Part shown: piece by piece, positions 17,649 through 27,151 of the stretch
How positions within the stretch are numbered: position 1 is the first letter of the stretch
Layout of the letters: every line of letters starts with the position of its first letter
DNA from: Candidatus Binatia bacterium
Lineage (GTDB): Bacteria; Desulfobacterota; Binatia; UBA9968
Direction of reading: 5' to 3'
NCBI GenBank assembly: GCA_036505755.1
Contig: DASXSW010000252.1
Location: forward strand, 1 to 36,770
DNA: 36,770 nucleotides
The notes under the pieces: generated by a model
What the model saw: the letters and a program-made list of their open reading frames with translations, nothing else
What the model was told of the DNA's origin: nothing
Database searches by the model: none
Position numbers and translations under genes: made by a program

Positions 17649-18101
17649 ATGTTTCGTGGCAGCTTTGAGCATACCCTGGACAACAAGGGCCGTCTCAGCA
17701 TCCCGTCGAAGTTCCGCGACGTCCTGGTCGGCAAGGGCGACGAACGGATCATCATTACGAACTTCGTGATCGACGGACAGCGTTGCCTCGATGTGTATCC
17801 GATCGACGCGTGGCTAAGGTTCGAAGAGGAAATCCGTAAGAAGCCTAAGTTTGATCCTCGCGTCGTGCGGTTTCAAAATTATTACCTTGGGTCGGCTTGC
17901 GAGTGCAGTCTTGACACCCACGGCCGGGTTCTCATTCCTCCCGTGCTGCGAAAATACGCCGATCTAAAGAGGGACATCGTTCTGGTGTCAGCTCTCGAAA
18001 AGTTTCGCGTGTGGGATCGAGAAGCGTGGAAGAAAATCTTTGTCGAGGCCGAGGATAAGTTAATGCAGGATCCTGATTTTCTTGGCGATCTGGGACTCTA
18101 G
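17649..18101 (+). CDS. mraZ: transcriptional regulator MraZ
   Basis: 150 aa. The canonical MFRGSFEHTLDNKGRLSIPSKFR N-terminus and a second SpoVT/AbrB-like repeat (LDTHGRVLIPPVLRKYA) are present. Confidence 0.95.
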   Translation: MFRGSFEHTLDNKGRLSIPSKFRDVLVGKGDERIIITNFVIDGQRCLDVYPIDAWLRFEEEIRKKPKFDPRVVRFQNYYLGSACECSLDTHGRVLIPPVLRKYADLKRDIVLVSALEKFRVWDREAWKKIFVEAEDKLMQDPDFLGDLGL

Positions 18102-18147
18102 AGGAGCAAGCATGCGGCGGCCGAAGTCGGTGAAAGGAGAAGAGTGA

Positions 18148-18510
18148 ATGCTAGCGCGAAAGCCTATCCAAGATATCTCAGTGCTCGACGTCACTGGCGA
18201 TATCGATTTTCGTGAAATGATCCGCATCAAGAACGCCATCGGTTCGCTGATTGAAAAGGAACGGACGAAGGTTATTCTCAATCTCAAGTCGGTGGACCAT
18301 ATCAATTATTTGAGCATCGGGGTTCTCCTCGAGCGGCTGAAGCTTTTGCGGAACTTGAACGGCGATCTCAAATTGGCAGGCATGAGTCCGTTCCTACGTG
18401 ATATTTTTAAAGTTGTCGGCATGGATCGTTTCTTCGAAGATTATACATCGCTCGAAGACGCTATCGAAAGCTTCGACGACGATTGGGAGGGTGACGGCAC
18501 TAGTCACTGA
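18148..18510 (+). CDS. STAS-domain protein (anti-sigma-factor-antagonist fold), non-canonical
   Basis: 120 aa with an AAGGAG SD 8 nt upstream of the ATG. By eye it aligns along its length to SpoIIAA-type STAS proteins (ISVLDVTGDIDF, KVILNLKSVDHINYLSIGVLL, LKLAGMSPFLRDIFKVVGMDRFF). The usual DSSG phospho-site is NYLS here. It has an acidic C-terminal tail. Confidence 0.7.
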   Translation: MLARKPIQDISVLDVTGDIDFREMIRIKNAIGSLIEKERTKVILNLKSVDHINYLSIGVLLERLKLLRNLNGDLKLAGMSPFLRDIFKVVGMDRFFEDYTSLEDAIESFDDDWEGDGTSH

Positions 18511-18513
18511 GCC

Positions 18514-19440
18514 GTGTCCGCGCATGTGTCCGTGCTGGTCCGGGAGGTGATCGAGTGTCTCAGGCCCGGACCGGGCAAACGATATTTCGATGGCACCGTG
18601 GGAGGCGGGGGGCACGCCGAGCAGATTCTGATCGAGAGTAGTCCAGACGGACAAGTCCTAGCGTTGGACCGGGACGACACAGCACTGGGGGAGACGCAGA
18701 AACGCCTGGGGCGATTCGAAGGACGCGTGATCACGCGTCAGGCGAGCTTCGCGGAGACGAAAGATATTCTCAGTGAAATCGGTTGGAATGGTGTTGACGG
18801 AGTTATCTTGGATTTAGGTATGTCATCCGATCAAATCGATTCTCCGGAAAGAGGTTTTAGCTTTCGCGCTGCGGCGAGGCTGGACATGCGGATGGACCGG
18901 CGCCAGTCCGTCGATGCGCGACAGATCGTGAATTCATTTGCGGTGGAGCAGCTGGAACGAATCTTTCGCGTTTACGGCGAAGAGCCGCGGGCGCGGCGCA
19001 TTGCTCAGGCGATCGTCGCCGGGCGAAAACAGCATACATTAGAGACAACCGCGCAGCTTGTCCAGATTATCGAGCGAGTAAAAGGCAGCGGTAGGCGCGA
19101 TCACCATCCGGCGACGCAGGTTTTCCAAGCACTGCGAATCGCTGTGAATCAAGAATTGCAGCAACTCGAACAGTTCTTGGAGAGCGGTTATGAAACGCTT
19201 CGGCCGGGCGGGCGGATGGTGATTATTTCGTTCCATTCCCTGGAGGACCGCATCGTCAAGGCGGCATTTCGCAAATGGAATCGCGCATGTCTCTGCCCGC
19301 CGCGAACGCTTAGCTGCCGATGCGGCTGGAGTCAGAAAGTGAAGCTGTTAACAAAAAAACCGATAATGCCATCGGCGAGTGAAATTCATGCCAACCCGCG
19401 CGCCCGCTCGGCGAAAATGCGCGCTGTAGAGAGGGTCTAA
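18514..19440 (+). CDS. rsmH: 16S rRNA (cytosine1402-N4)-methyltransferase RsmH (MraW)
   Basis: 308 aa with a GTG start. It has HVSVLVREVIE, the SAM-binding DGTVGGGGH, DLGMSSDQID, ISFHSLEDRIVK and NPRARSAKMR. Confidence 0.95.
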   Translation: MSAHVSVLVREVIECLRPGPGKRYFDGTVGGGGHAEQILIESSPDGQVLALDRDDTALGETQKRLGRFEGRVITRQASFAETKDILSEIGWNGVDGVILDLGMSSDQIDSPERGFSFRAAARLDMRMDRRQSVDARQIVNSFAVEQLERIFRVYGEEPRARRIAQAIVAGRKQHTLETTAQLVQIIERVKGSGRRDHHPATQVFQALRIAVNQELQQLEQFLESGYETLRPGGRMVIISFHSLEDRIVKAAFRKWNRACLCPPRTLSCRCGWSQKVKLLTKKPIMPSASEIHANPRARSAKMRAVERV

Positions 19441-19448
19441 ACGGCTCC

Positions 19449-19796
19449 ATGGCTGCGGCGGGCAGCGCGCGATCGCGCAAGTTAGCTAGAGCTCAGCGGG
19501 GAGAATCGGAGCGCATCGAGCAGGCCGCCCGCCGCCGACGTATTTTCGTTCTTGGGCTTTTCGCGATCGCTTTGATCGGTGTGGCGCTGATGCAGGTGTG
19601 GCTGCGGCTTCAGGTGGTCCAAATGGGTTACGTGCTTTCGACGATGAGTAAACTACATGGCCGTCTGGAACAGGAAAATCGCGAATTGAAAATAGAGCTG
19701 GCTACCATGACGTCGCCGGATCGTCTTGGCAAGCTCGCGCGCAATCGACTAGGATTGGTGCCGCCCGAGAAAGGCCAGATTATCGTGTTGCCATGA
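19449..19796 (+). CDS. ftsL: cell division protein FtsL
   Basis: 115 aa. It has a basic N-terminus, a single TM (IFVLGLFAIALIGVALMQVWL), then a coiled coil (LEQENRELKIELATMTSPDRL). It sits between rsmH and ftsI, and its stop overlaps the ftsI ATG (ATGA). Confidence 0.8.
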   Translation: MAAAGSARSRKLARAQRGESERIEQAARRRRIFVLGLFAIALIGVALMQVWLRLQVVQMGYVLSTMSKLHGRLEQENRELKIELATMTSPDRLGKLARNRLGLVPPEKGQIIVLP

Positions 19797-21748
19797 GACG
19801 CTCTTCACAGCGAAATCGCAGCCGCCTCGGCGTCGCAAAGATATTGTTCTTAGCGATGTTCTTGGTGATCGCCGGGCGCGCGTTTCAACTCCAAGTGCTG
19901 CAAGGCGAAAGACTCATGCGACTGGGCGAGCGGCAGCACTTGAAAGAATGGATCGTATTGCCCAAACGGGGCGCATTGCTTGACCGCGCCGGGGAACCCT
20001 TAGCGTTGAGCATGGAATCGCAGTCGGTGTATGCCCGCCCACACCGCGTTCAAGATCCGGAACAGCTCAGTCAAGGCCTGGCGCGGATTCTCAACTTGCG
20101 CGGCGCCGACGTCAAACAAAAACTCACCTCAGACAAACCCTTTGTCTGGATAAAGCGGCAAGTATCGTCGCCCGAGGCGGAGAAAATTCAAGCTCTTAAT
20201 CCAACTGGGATCGGCATGTTCTACGAGCCTAATCGTTACTATCCCCAGAATCAGCTAGCCGGGCAATTGATCGGCTTTGTCGGGCGGGACTCTGAAGGGC
20301 TCGAAGGACTGGAACTCAAGTACAACGATTACATCCGCGGTGAAGCCGGCTCTTCGGTTACCGAGCGCGATGCCCTCGGACGCCGAGTGCTGGTGCAAGG
20401 CATTGAAGGACTGCGAATTCCTCCTGGCAGCGACGTCCATCTGACACTCAATACCTCCATACAACATATCGCTGAAAAAGAACTGGAGGCGACGATCTTA
20501 AAATATCGCGCCAAGTCGGGGGTGGCGATCGTGATGGAGCCGTTCACCGGCGAAGTACTAGCGCTGGCGAATTATCCGGCGTTCGATCCTAACAATTATA
20601 GCAAACAGTCGGCCGATCAGCGCCGCAACCGCGCGGTCACCGACAGTTTCGAGCCCGGATCTACTTTTAAAACCATTCTCGCTGCCGCGGCACTGGAGGA
20701 AGGCGTCGTCGGTAAAGAAGATTTGTTCTATTGTGAAATGGGCAAATATCCCTACGCCGGCAAAGTCATCCACGACACCCATCCGCACGGCTGGTTGTCA
20801 TTTGCTAAGATTCTGCAGGTATCGAGCAATATCGGCTTTACCAAAGTGGCACAGAAGCTTAAGAAAGACCGTTATTACAGATACATCGAGAAATTTGGCT
20901 TCGGCCAGGTCACGGGAATCGACGTGCCGGGAGAAGTGCCCGGGCTGCTGCGCAAACCTGAGAGCTGGTCGGCGATTGACCTAGCGACACACGCCTTCGG
21001 ACAGGGCATCTCGGCGACGCCGTTACAAATGGTGATGGCGTATGCCGCGATCGCCAATGGCGGATTTCTTATGCGCCCCTACGTCACCCGACGCGTAGTC
21101 AGCCCGCAGGGAGAAATCGTGCTCGAAATTCAACCCCATGTAGTGAGGCGCGTGATCTCGGAAAAAACAGCGAGATCACTGGCGTCCATACTCAAGGATG
21201 TAACCAATGAAGGCGGCACCGGCGTAATGGCGAACGTGGACGGGTTCGAAGTCGCAGGAAAAACCGGCACGGCTCAGAAGGCAGACCCGGTTCACGGCGG
21301 CTACGCGGCAAAGAAACGGGTAGCCTCGTTTGTCGGCTTCGTGCCTGCAAACGACCCGCGACTGGTCGCATTGGTATTGATCGATGAACCTGAGGTGAAT
21401 GTCTATGGTGGTGTCGTCGCGGCGCCCGCATTTCGCAATATCGCTCAAGCCGCTCTGCGGCATCTTGCGGTAGCGCCGCAGCAAGCCGCACTGATTCCCG
21501 TGCTGCCTAGCCAGCCGGAGGCGTTAGTCCGGCGCGTGGCTAAATCCAACAGCCCGGCTACCGTGGAAACCAACGGAGACGCGACTCCGGACTTCCTCGG
21601 TCTGAGTCTCCGGGAGGCTTTAGAAAAAGCGCAGACGCTAAAATTAAAGGTGAGGCTTCAGGGCAACGGTTACGTGGTGAAACAATCGCCGCAAGCGGGG
21701 GGACGCTGGAACGAGGAAGGTGTCTTAGTTCTTAACCTACAAGGTTGA
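19793..21748 (+). CDS. ftsI: peptidoglycan D,D-transpeptidase FtsI (class B PBP) with C-terminal PASTA domain
   Basis: 651 aa with an N-terminal TM anchor. Transpeptidase motifs STFK (EPGSTFKT), SSN (VSSNIGF) and KTGT (AGKTGTAQ) are present. The C-terminal ~60 aa (DFLGLSLREALEKAQTLKLKVRLQGNGYVVKQSPQAG) looks like a PASTA domain. Confidence 0.9.
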   Translation: MRRSSQRNRSRLGVAKILFLAMFLVIAGRAFQLQVLQGERLMRLGERQHLKEWIVLPKRGALLDRAGEPLALSMESQSVYARPHRVQDPEQLSQGLARILNLRGADVKQKLTSDKPFVWIKRQVSSPEAEKIQALNPTGIGMFYEPNRYYPQNQLAGQLIGFVGRDSEGLEGLELKYNDYIRGEAGSSVTERDALGRRVLVQGIEGLRIPPGSDVHLTLNTSIQHIAEKELEATILKYRAKSGVAIVMEPFTGEVLALANYPAFDPNNYSKQSADQRRNRAVTDSFEPGSTFKTILAAAALEEGVVGKEDLFYCEMGKYPYAGKVIHDTHPHGWLSFAKILQVSSNIGFTKVAQKLKKDRYYRYIEKFGFGQVTGIDVPGEVPGLLRKPESWSAIDLATHAFGQGISATPLQMVMAYAAIANGGFLMRPYVTRRVVSPQGEIVLEIQPHVVRRVISEKTARSLASILKDVTNEGGTGVMANVDGFEVAGKTGTAQKADPVHGGYAAKKRVASFVGFVPANDPRLVALVLIDEPEVNVYGGVVAAPAFRNIAQAALRHLAVAPQQAALIPVLPSQPEALVRRVAKSNSPATVETNGDATPDFLGLSLREALEKAQTLKLKVRLQGNGYVVKQSPQAGGRWNEEGVLVLNLQG

Positions 21749-21754
21749 CGGGCG

Positions 21755-23299
21755 ATGCGAATCAAGGAGTTCCTGACGATCGAGGAGGTGGCAGCGGCTG
21801 CTGGAAATCTGGATCAGGAAGTAAACGGGTTGACCTACGATTCACGGAAAGTGAGCGCGGGACACATTTTTTTCGCGGTGCCAGGGGAGAAGGCCGACGG
21901 TCATGACTTCATAGCGGAAGCAGTGCGGCGCAACGCTGCGGCTGTGGTCTTTTCCCGGAAGGGGAATTGGCCGCGGGCGACGGCATCGGTGCGGGTCAAA
22001 GATGTCCGTCGCACGATGGGATTGTGGGCAGCACATTTTTTTAACCAGCCCAGCCGAGGATTGAAGCTGGTGGGTGTGACCGGCACCAATGGCAAGACGA
22101 CGCTCACTTATCTAATCGAGTCGATGCTTCAAGCTGCGGGGATGGAGCCGGGAGTGATCGGTACGATCAATTATCGCTATCGCGGGCACGAAGTCCCGTC
22201 GCATCACACGACGCCAGAGTCCCCCGACTTGGAAGAAATGTTGGCGGAGATGGCCCGCGCCGGAGTCAGATCCGTCGCGATAGAAGTTTCGTCACACGCT
22301 CTGGCGCAGCAAAGAGTGCGTGGATTGGATTTCGATGTCGGCGTATTTACCAATATCTCGCGCGACCATCTCGATTATCATCGCGACATGGATGAATACT
22401 TTTCGGCCAAGAGCCGGCTGTTCACTGATTATCTGAAGGTCAGCGCCAAAGCGCAAAAGGCAGCGGTGATCTACGGCGAAGATCCGCGCGGTCCTGAACT
22501 GATCGGAAGAGTCCGGAGCCAGGGCACGGAGGTCTGGAGTTATGGCGAAGGCTCGCAGTGGGATGTCCATCCACTAAAAGTCAAAAGCGATGTCAACGGT
22601 CTCAGCGGTACGATTCAAGCGCGCGAGCGCAAGATCGAGTTTACTTCCGCGCTGATCGGCGCGGCCAATTTGCAAAATATTCTCGGCGCGGTCGGGGTCG
22701 GAGGCGCGCTGGGACTCGGTGATGGCATCGCGGCGCAAGGCATTCGGCAACTACGGACGGTTCCTGGCAGGCTCGAAAAGATTGACAACCGTCTCGGCAT
22801 CTCGGTCCTGGTCGACTATGCCCATACGCCTGACGCACTCGAAAAAGTACTCGGCGCGGTACGCCCGTTGACGCGCGGTAAACTCATCACCGTTTTTGGT
22901 TGCGGTGGTGACCGCGATCGCGGCAAGCGGCCTTTGATGGGCGAGATCACTGGCCGGCTGAGCGACCTCGTGGTCATCACATCCGATAATCCGCGCACCG
23001 AGGACCCGCTGGTAATTGTTGATGAGGTGGAGGCTGGCGTCGCCAGGACCGGGCTAAAAAAGTTTCGGGTTTCGGATCTCGGGTCCCGAGTCGGCGAAAG
23101 CGAAACTGAGCGCGGCTACGTTGTGGAAGTCGATCGCCGAAAAGCGATTGGCATCGCGCTCGAGGCGGCGCGCCCTGGTGATTTGGTTCTGATCGCCGGC
23201 AAAGGCCACGAGGATTATCAAATCTTGGGGACAACGAAGATTCATTTCGACGATCGAGAAGTGGCTCGCGACGAGCTGGAACGGCGAGCCAGCGAGTAA
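21755..23299 (+). CDS. murE: UDP-N-acetylmuramoyl-L-alanyl-D-glutamate--2,6-diaminopimelate ligase MurE
   Basis: 514 aa with the Mur ligase P-loop GVTGTNGKTT. The DNPR motif (TSDNPRTEDP) is associated with meso-DAP-adding MurE enzymes. It occupies the expected dcw position. Confidence 0.93.
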   Translation: MRIKEFLTIEEVAAAAGNLDQEVNGLTYDSRKVSAGHIFFAVPGEKADGHDFIAEAVRRNAAAVVFSRKGNWPRATASVRVKDVRRTMGLWAAHFFNQPSRGLKLVGVTGTNGKTTLTYLIESMLQAAGMEPGVIGTINYRYRGHEVPSHHTTPESPDLEEMLAEMARAGVRSVAIEVSSHALAQQRVRGLDFDVGVFTNISRDHLDYHRDMDEYFSAKSRLFTDYLKVSAKAQKAAVIYGEDPRGPELIGRVRSQGTEVWSYGEGSQWDVHPLKVKSDVNGLSGTIQARERKIEFTSALIGAANLQNILGAVGVGGALGLGDGIAAQGIRQLRTVPGRLEKIDNRLGISVLVDYAHTPDALEKVLGAVRPLTRGKLITVFGCGGDRDRGKRPLMGEITGRLSDLVVITSDNPRTEDPLVIVDEVEAGVARTGLKKFRVSDLGSRVGESETERGYVVEVDRRKAIGIALEAARPGDLVLIAGKGHEDYQILGTTKIHFDDREVARDELERRASE

Positions 23300-23310
23300 G
23301 CCGACGGGGA

Positions 23311-24714
23311 ATGGCGTGGAACACAGCAGAAATTGTCGCAGCGACCGGCGGCAAGATCGCGCGAGATAGCGGCATAAGGCGATTCGGTGAAATTGTGACC
23401 GATTCGACGAAGATCAAAAGAGGTTCGGTTTTCGTTGCCTTAAAGGGCGAGCGGCATGACGGCCATCGATTTGTCGCGGACGCGGTGCGCCGCGGCGCCG
23501 CCTGCGTGATCGTTCATCGACCATTACACGGGAAAATTCTCGACAAGGCGACGACTGTAAGAGTACCCGACACACTGCGGGCGTTGGGTGATCTCGCTTA
23601 TTATCGCCGGCAACACTTTGCCCCTAAGGTACTGGCGATTACCGGCTCCAACGGCAAAACCACGACGAAAGAAATGATTGCGGCGATACTCGAAGAAGCC
23701 TGGCTCGATGGCGAATCCTTACGCGGCAAGGTGCTAAAGACCGAAGGCAATTTCAACAATCTCGTCGGTCTGCCGTTGACCCTCCTTAGATTGCGCAGAC
23801 GGCACAAGGTCGCCGTCGTCGAACTCGGCACCAATCATCCGGGAGAAATTCAGCGCCTTGCCGAAATTGCCGGCCCGGACTCGGGAATCATTACCTCCGT
23901 TGCGGCTGCGCATCTTGAAGGACTGAACAGCTTGGCAGGCGTTGCCCGAGAAAAAGGGGCTCTTTACCAGAACATTCGCCCTGGTGGCACGATTGCGGTG
24001 AATCTGGACGATCCGTGGGTGAGAAAGCTTGCGGCTAGGTTCAAAGGTAAAAAAATCACCTACGGCAAGCTGGGACAGGTGCGCGCGCGGTCCTGGCGCA
24101 TGCGTGGGACAACCGGGATACAATTCGTTCTGCATGCCGGTCTGCGGCGCTGTAACGTAAAGCTCAACTATCTGGGCCAACACAACGTTAGCAACGCGCT
24201 TGGCGCGGCGGCCCTAGCTCTCGGCGCCGGAGTCAAGTTGCCGGCGATTCGCCGTGGCCTGGAAAGGGCCCGGCCTTTCTCCATGCGCATGCAAATCGAA
24301 GAGTCTAAAGGTATCGGCATTATCAACGACACCTACAATGCCAATCCTGCCTCGATGCAAGCGGCGCTGAAAACCCTGGTGGAAATCGATTGTCGTGGCA
24401 ATAGAATCGCCGTGCTCGGAGACATGTTCGAGCTTGGCAAACAAAGCGCAAAAGAACATCGGCGGCTTGGCAAATTCGCAGCGGGCGTAAAGATCGATGC
24501 GCTCTATCTGCTCGGTAAGCAAGCAACCGAGGTTCGTAAAGGCGCGCTGCAAGATGGCCTGCGACCGGAGCAAATCTTTATCGGTAAGGATCACGCCGAT
24601 CTCGTTCGCAGGCTCCGTGAGCGAGTGAAGAAGGGCGATTGGCTGCTATTAAAAGGATCGCGTGGCATGAGGATGGAAACCATTCTCGGTGAGCTCAGAA
24701 GCGGAAAGGCATAG
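23311..24714 (+). CDS. murF: UDP-N-acetylmuramoyl-tripeptide--D-alanyl-D-alanine ligase MurF
   Basis: 467 aa with the P-loop [13 protein letters not shown], plus [11 protein letters not shown] and [11 protein letters not shown]. It occupies the expected dcw position. Confidence 0.93.
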   Translation: MAWNTAEIVAATGGKIARDSGIRRFGEIVTDSTKIKRGSVFVALKGERHDGHRFVADAVRRGAACVIVHRPLHGKILDKATTVRVPDTLRALGDLAYYRRQHFAPKVLAITGSNGKTTTKEMIAAILEEAWLDGESLRGKVLKTEGNFNNLVGLPLTLLRLRRRHKVAVVELGTNHPGEIQRLAEIAGPDSGIITSVAAAHLEGLNSLAGVAREKGALYQNIRPGGTIAVNLDDPWVRKLAARFKGKKITYGKLGQVRARSWRMRGTTGIQFVLHAGLRRCNVKLNYLGQHNVSNALGAAALALGAGVKLPAIRRGLERARPFSMRMQIEESKGIGIINDTYNANPASMQAALKTLVEIDCRGNRIAVLGDMFELGKQSAKEHRRLGKFAAGVKIDALYLLGKQATEVRKGALQDGLRPEQIFIGKDHADLVRRLRERVKKGDWLLLKGSRGMRMETILGELRSGKA

Positions 24715-24724
24715 GAGATTGGAA

Positions 24725-25801
24725 TTGCTTTACTACCTGCTGTTTCCGCTCGCAACCTCGTACTCGGGCTTCAATGTCTTTCGCTACATCACGTTTCGCG
24801 CCGCGATGGCGGCATTGCTGGCCCTCGTCATCTCTTTTCTTCTCGGGCCGTGGTTGATTCGAACTTTGACGGAGAAGCAAATTGGTCAGCAAATTCGCGA
24901 CGACGGACCAGCGCACCACGCGGTCAAGGCGGGGACGCCGACCATGGGCGGCGCGCTGATTATTCTGGCGCTGTTTTTTTCGACGCTAATGATGGCCGAC
25001 ATCGCCAATCGTTATGTTTTGCTCGCGCTCATCGCTACTCTGGGTACCGGCGTGGTCGGATTTGCCGATGACTACTTGAAATTGACCCGCAAAAACAGCA
25101 AAGGGCTTTCGCCGCGGGCAAAACTGCTCGGCCAGCTCGCCGTCGCCTTCATCGTTGCCCTTGCCCTCTACTACCAGCCAAGGTTTAGCACCGAGATTGC
25201 TTTTCCGTTTATCAAAACTTTCCGTTTAGACCTCGGTGTCCTTTATATCCCTTTTGCGATGATGGTCATCGTTTTTACTTCCAATGCCGTCAATCTGACT
25301 GACGGTCTCGATGGTCTTGCCATCGGTCCCGTGATGATTGCCGCCGGCACGTACGCCGTCATCGCGTACGTCACCGGTCACTTGAAGCTGGCGGAGTATC
25401 TGCAGATTCCCTATGTCGCCGGCGTCGGCGAGCTGAGCGTCTTTTGCGCCGCGGTGGTGGCCGCGGGCTTGGGTTTTCTCTGGTACAACGCCTATCCCGC
25501 GGAGATGTTCATGGGCGACGTTGGTTCGCTCGCCCTCGGCGCAGCTCTCGGCGTCGTCGCGGTGATGACCAAGAACGAGATTCTGCTGATCATTGTCGGC
25601 GGCGTGTTCGTCATCGAGTCGCTGTCGGTCATTTTTCAGGTGGTTTCTTACAAGATCAGGCGCAAGCGCGTTTTCCTGATGGCGCCGATCCATCATCATT
25701 ACGAGCTCAAGGGCTGGAAAGAACCGCAAATCATCGTGCGTTTTTGGATCGTTTCCTTTATTTGCGCCGTGATCGGCTTGAGTACCTTGAAGCTCCGATG
25801 A
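24725..25801 (+). CDS. mraY: phospho-N-acetylmuramoyl-pentapeptide-transferase MraY
   Basis: The frame is open from the GTG at 24689. I prefer the TTG at 24725, which has an AGGAG SD 7 nt upstream and gives the canonical [10 protein letters not shown]-terminus. It has [23 protein letters not shown] and [12 protein letters not shown]. Confidence 0.93.
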   Translation: MLYYLLFPLATSYSGFNVFRYITFRAAMAALLALVISFLLGPWLIRTLTEKQIGQQIRDDGPAHHAVKAGTPTMGGALIILALFFSTLMMADIANRYVLLALIATLGTGVVGFADDYLKLTRKNSKGLSPRAKLLGQLAVAFIVALALYYQPRFSTEIAFPFIKTFRLDLGVLYIPFAMMVIVFTSNAVNLTDGLDGLAIGPVMIAAGTYAVIAYVTGHLKLAEYLQIPYVAGVGELSVFCAAVVAAGLGFLWYNAYPAEMFMGDVGSLALGAALGVVAVMTKNEILLIIVGGVFVIESLSVIFQVVSYKIRRKRVFLMAPIHHHYELKGWKEPQIIVRFWIVSFICAVIGLSTLKLR

Positions 25802-25816
25802 CAATGGCGATGATCG

Positions 25817-27151
25817 ATGGAGCTCAAAGGCAAAAAGGTTCTGGTCATTGGGCTTGCGCGCACCGGCAGCGAATGCGCGCGTTTTCTCGCGCAGCACGGA
25901 GCGAGCGTGGTGGTTAGCGATCTGCGTCCCGAGGAAGAACTCAAGCAGGCGAAGGAAGCTCTCGTCGGGCTGCCGATCAGTTATCGTCTGGGTGGTGAAG
26001 ACAAGAGTTGGCTTGCGGCCATCGATTACGTCATTCCCAGTCCCGGGGTGGCGGTGGAAAATCTCTTGTTACGGGAAGCGGTCGCGCTCCATATTCCCGT
26101 TTTGAGTGAAATCGAATTGGCCTCGAGGTTTTTCCGCGCACCCTTGATAGCGATTACCGGGACCAACGGAAAGAGCACCACGACAACTTTAGTTGGCGAA
26201 ATGATGAAGGCCAGTGGACAGAGGATTTTTCTCGGCGGCAATCTCGGCGCGCCTTTTATCGGCGCAGTGTCCAACGACTGGGACTGGGGAGTGGTCGAGA
26301 TCAGCAGTTTCCAATTGGAATGGATCGAGAATTTTCGCCCGCGAATGGCCGCCTTGCTCAATATCAGCGAAGACCATTTAGATCGCTATGCGACGTTTGC
26401 CGATTACTGCCGTGCTAAGGAGCGGATCTTCGAAGCTCAAACCAGCGACGACTTCGCGATTCTCAACCGGGACGACCCGCGTGTCTGGGAAATGCGCGGA
26501 CGCATCAAGGCGCGGATCGTCTCCTTCGGCTTCTCTGAAGTGAGGGACGGGGTTTTCGCCACCGCCAATGAAATCATTTGGCGCTTTCACGCGCAGGAAG
26601 AGCACTTTTCTTTCGCTAACGTCAAACTTCACGGCGTGCACAACGTCGAAAACATGATGGCCGCTGCCGCCATGGCAAAGTGCGTTGGGATCTCCCGCGC
26701 GGTGATTCAAGAGATTCTGGACAGCTTTCCCGGGCTCGAGCACCGTCTCGAGTTTGTCCGGCAGCGAAACGGTGCGCGCTATTACAATGACTCCAAGGGA
26801 ACCAATGTCGGCGCCGTCGTGAAATCGCTGGCCAGTTTTACCGATCCGGTGATCTTGCTCGCAGGCGGCGTTGATAAGGGCGGCGATTATGCTCCCCTCG
26901 CGGATGACATCAAGAAAAAAGTGCGCCGCTTGGTGTTGTTCGGCGCAGCGAAGGAGATCATTGCGCGCAGCGTGGGACAGTTTACCGAGACCGTCATCGT
27001 CGACGATCTTCATGCGGCGGTCAGCGATGCCGTGGCGCACGCGCGCGCCGGCGATGTGGTGCTGCTTTCGCCGGCTTGTTCCAGTTTCGACCAGTTTCGC
27101 AACTACGCGGAACGAGGAAAGATTTTTAAGCGCCTCGTGCAAGCTTTATGA
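25817..27151 (+). CDS. murD: UDP-N-acetylmuramoylalanine--D-glutamate ligase MurD
   Basis: 444 aa with an N-terminal Rossmann-like VLVIGLARTGSECARFL, the P-loop ITGTNGKSTT, DSKGTNVGA and SPACSSFDQFRNYAERG. Confidence 0.93.
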   Translation: MELKGKKVLVIGLARTGSECARFLAQHGASVVVSDLRPEEELKQAKEALVGLPISYRLGGEDKSWLAAIDYVIPSPGVAVENLLLREAVALHIPVLSEIELASRFFRAPLIAITGTNGKSTTTTLVGEMMKASGQRIFLGGNLGAPFIGAVSNDWDWGVVEISSFQLEWIENFRPRMAALLNISEDHLDRYATFADYCRAKERIFEAQTSDDFAILNRDDPRVWEMRGRIKARIVSFGFSEVRDGVFATANEIIWRFHAQEEHFSFANVKLHGVHNVENMMAAAAMAKCVGISRAVIQEILDSFPGLEHRLEFVRQRNGARYYNDSKGTNVGAVVKSLASFTDPVILLAGGVDKGGDYAPLADDIKKKVRRLVLFGAAKEIIARSVGQFTETVIVDDLHAAVSDAVAHARAGDVVLLSPACSSFDQFRNYAERGKIFKRLVQAL

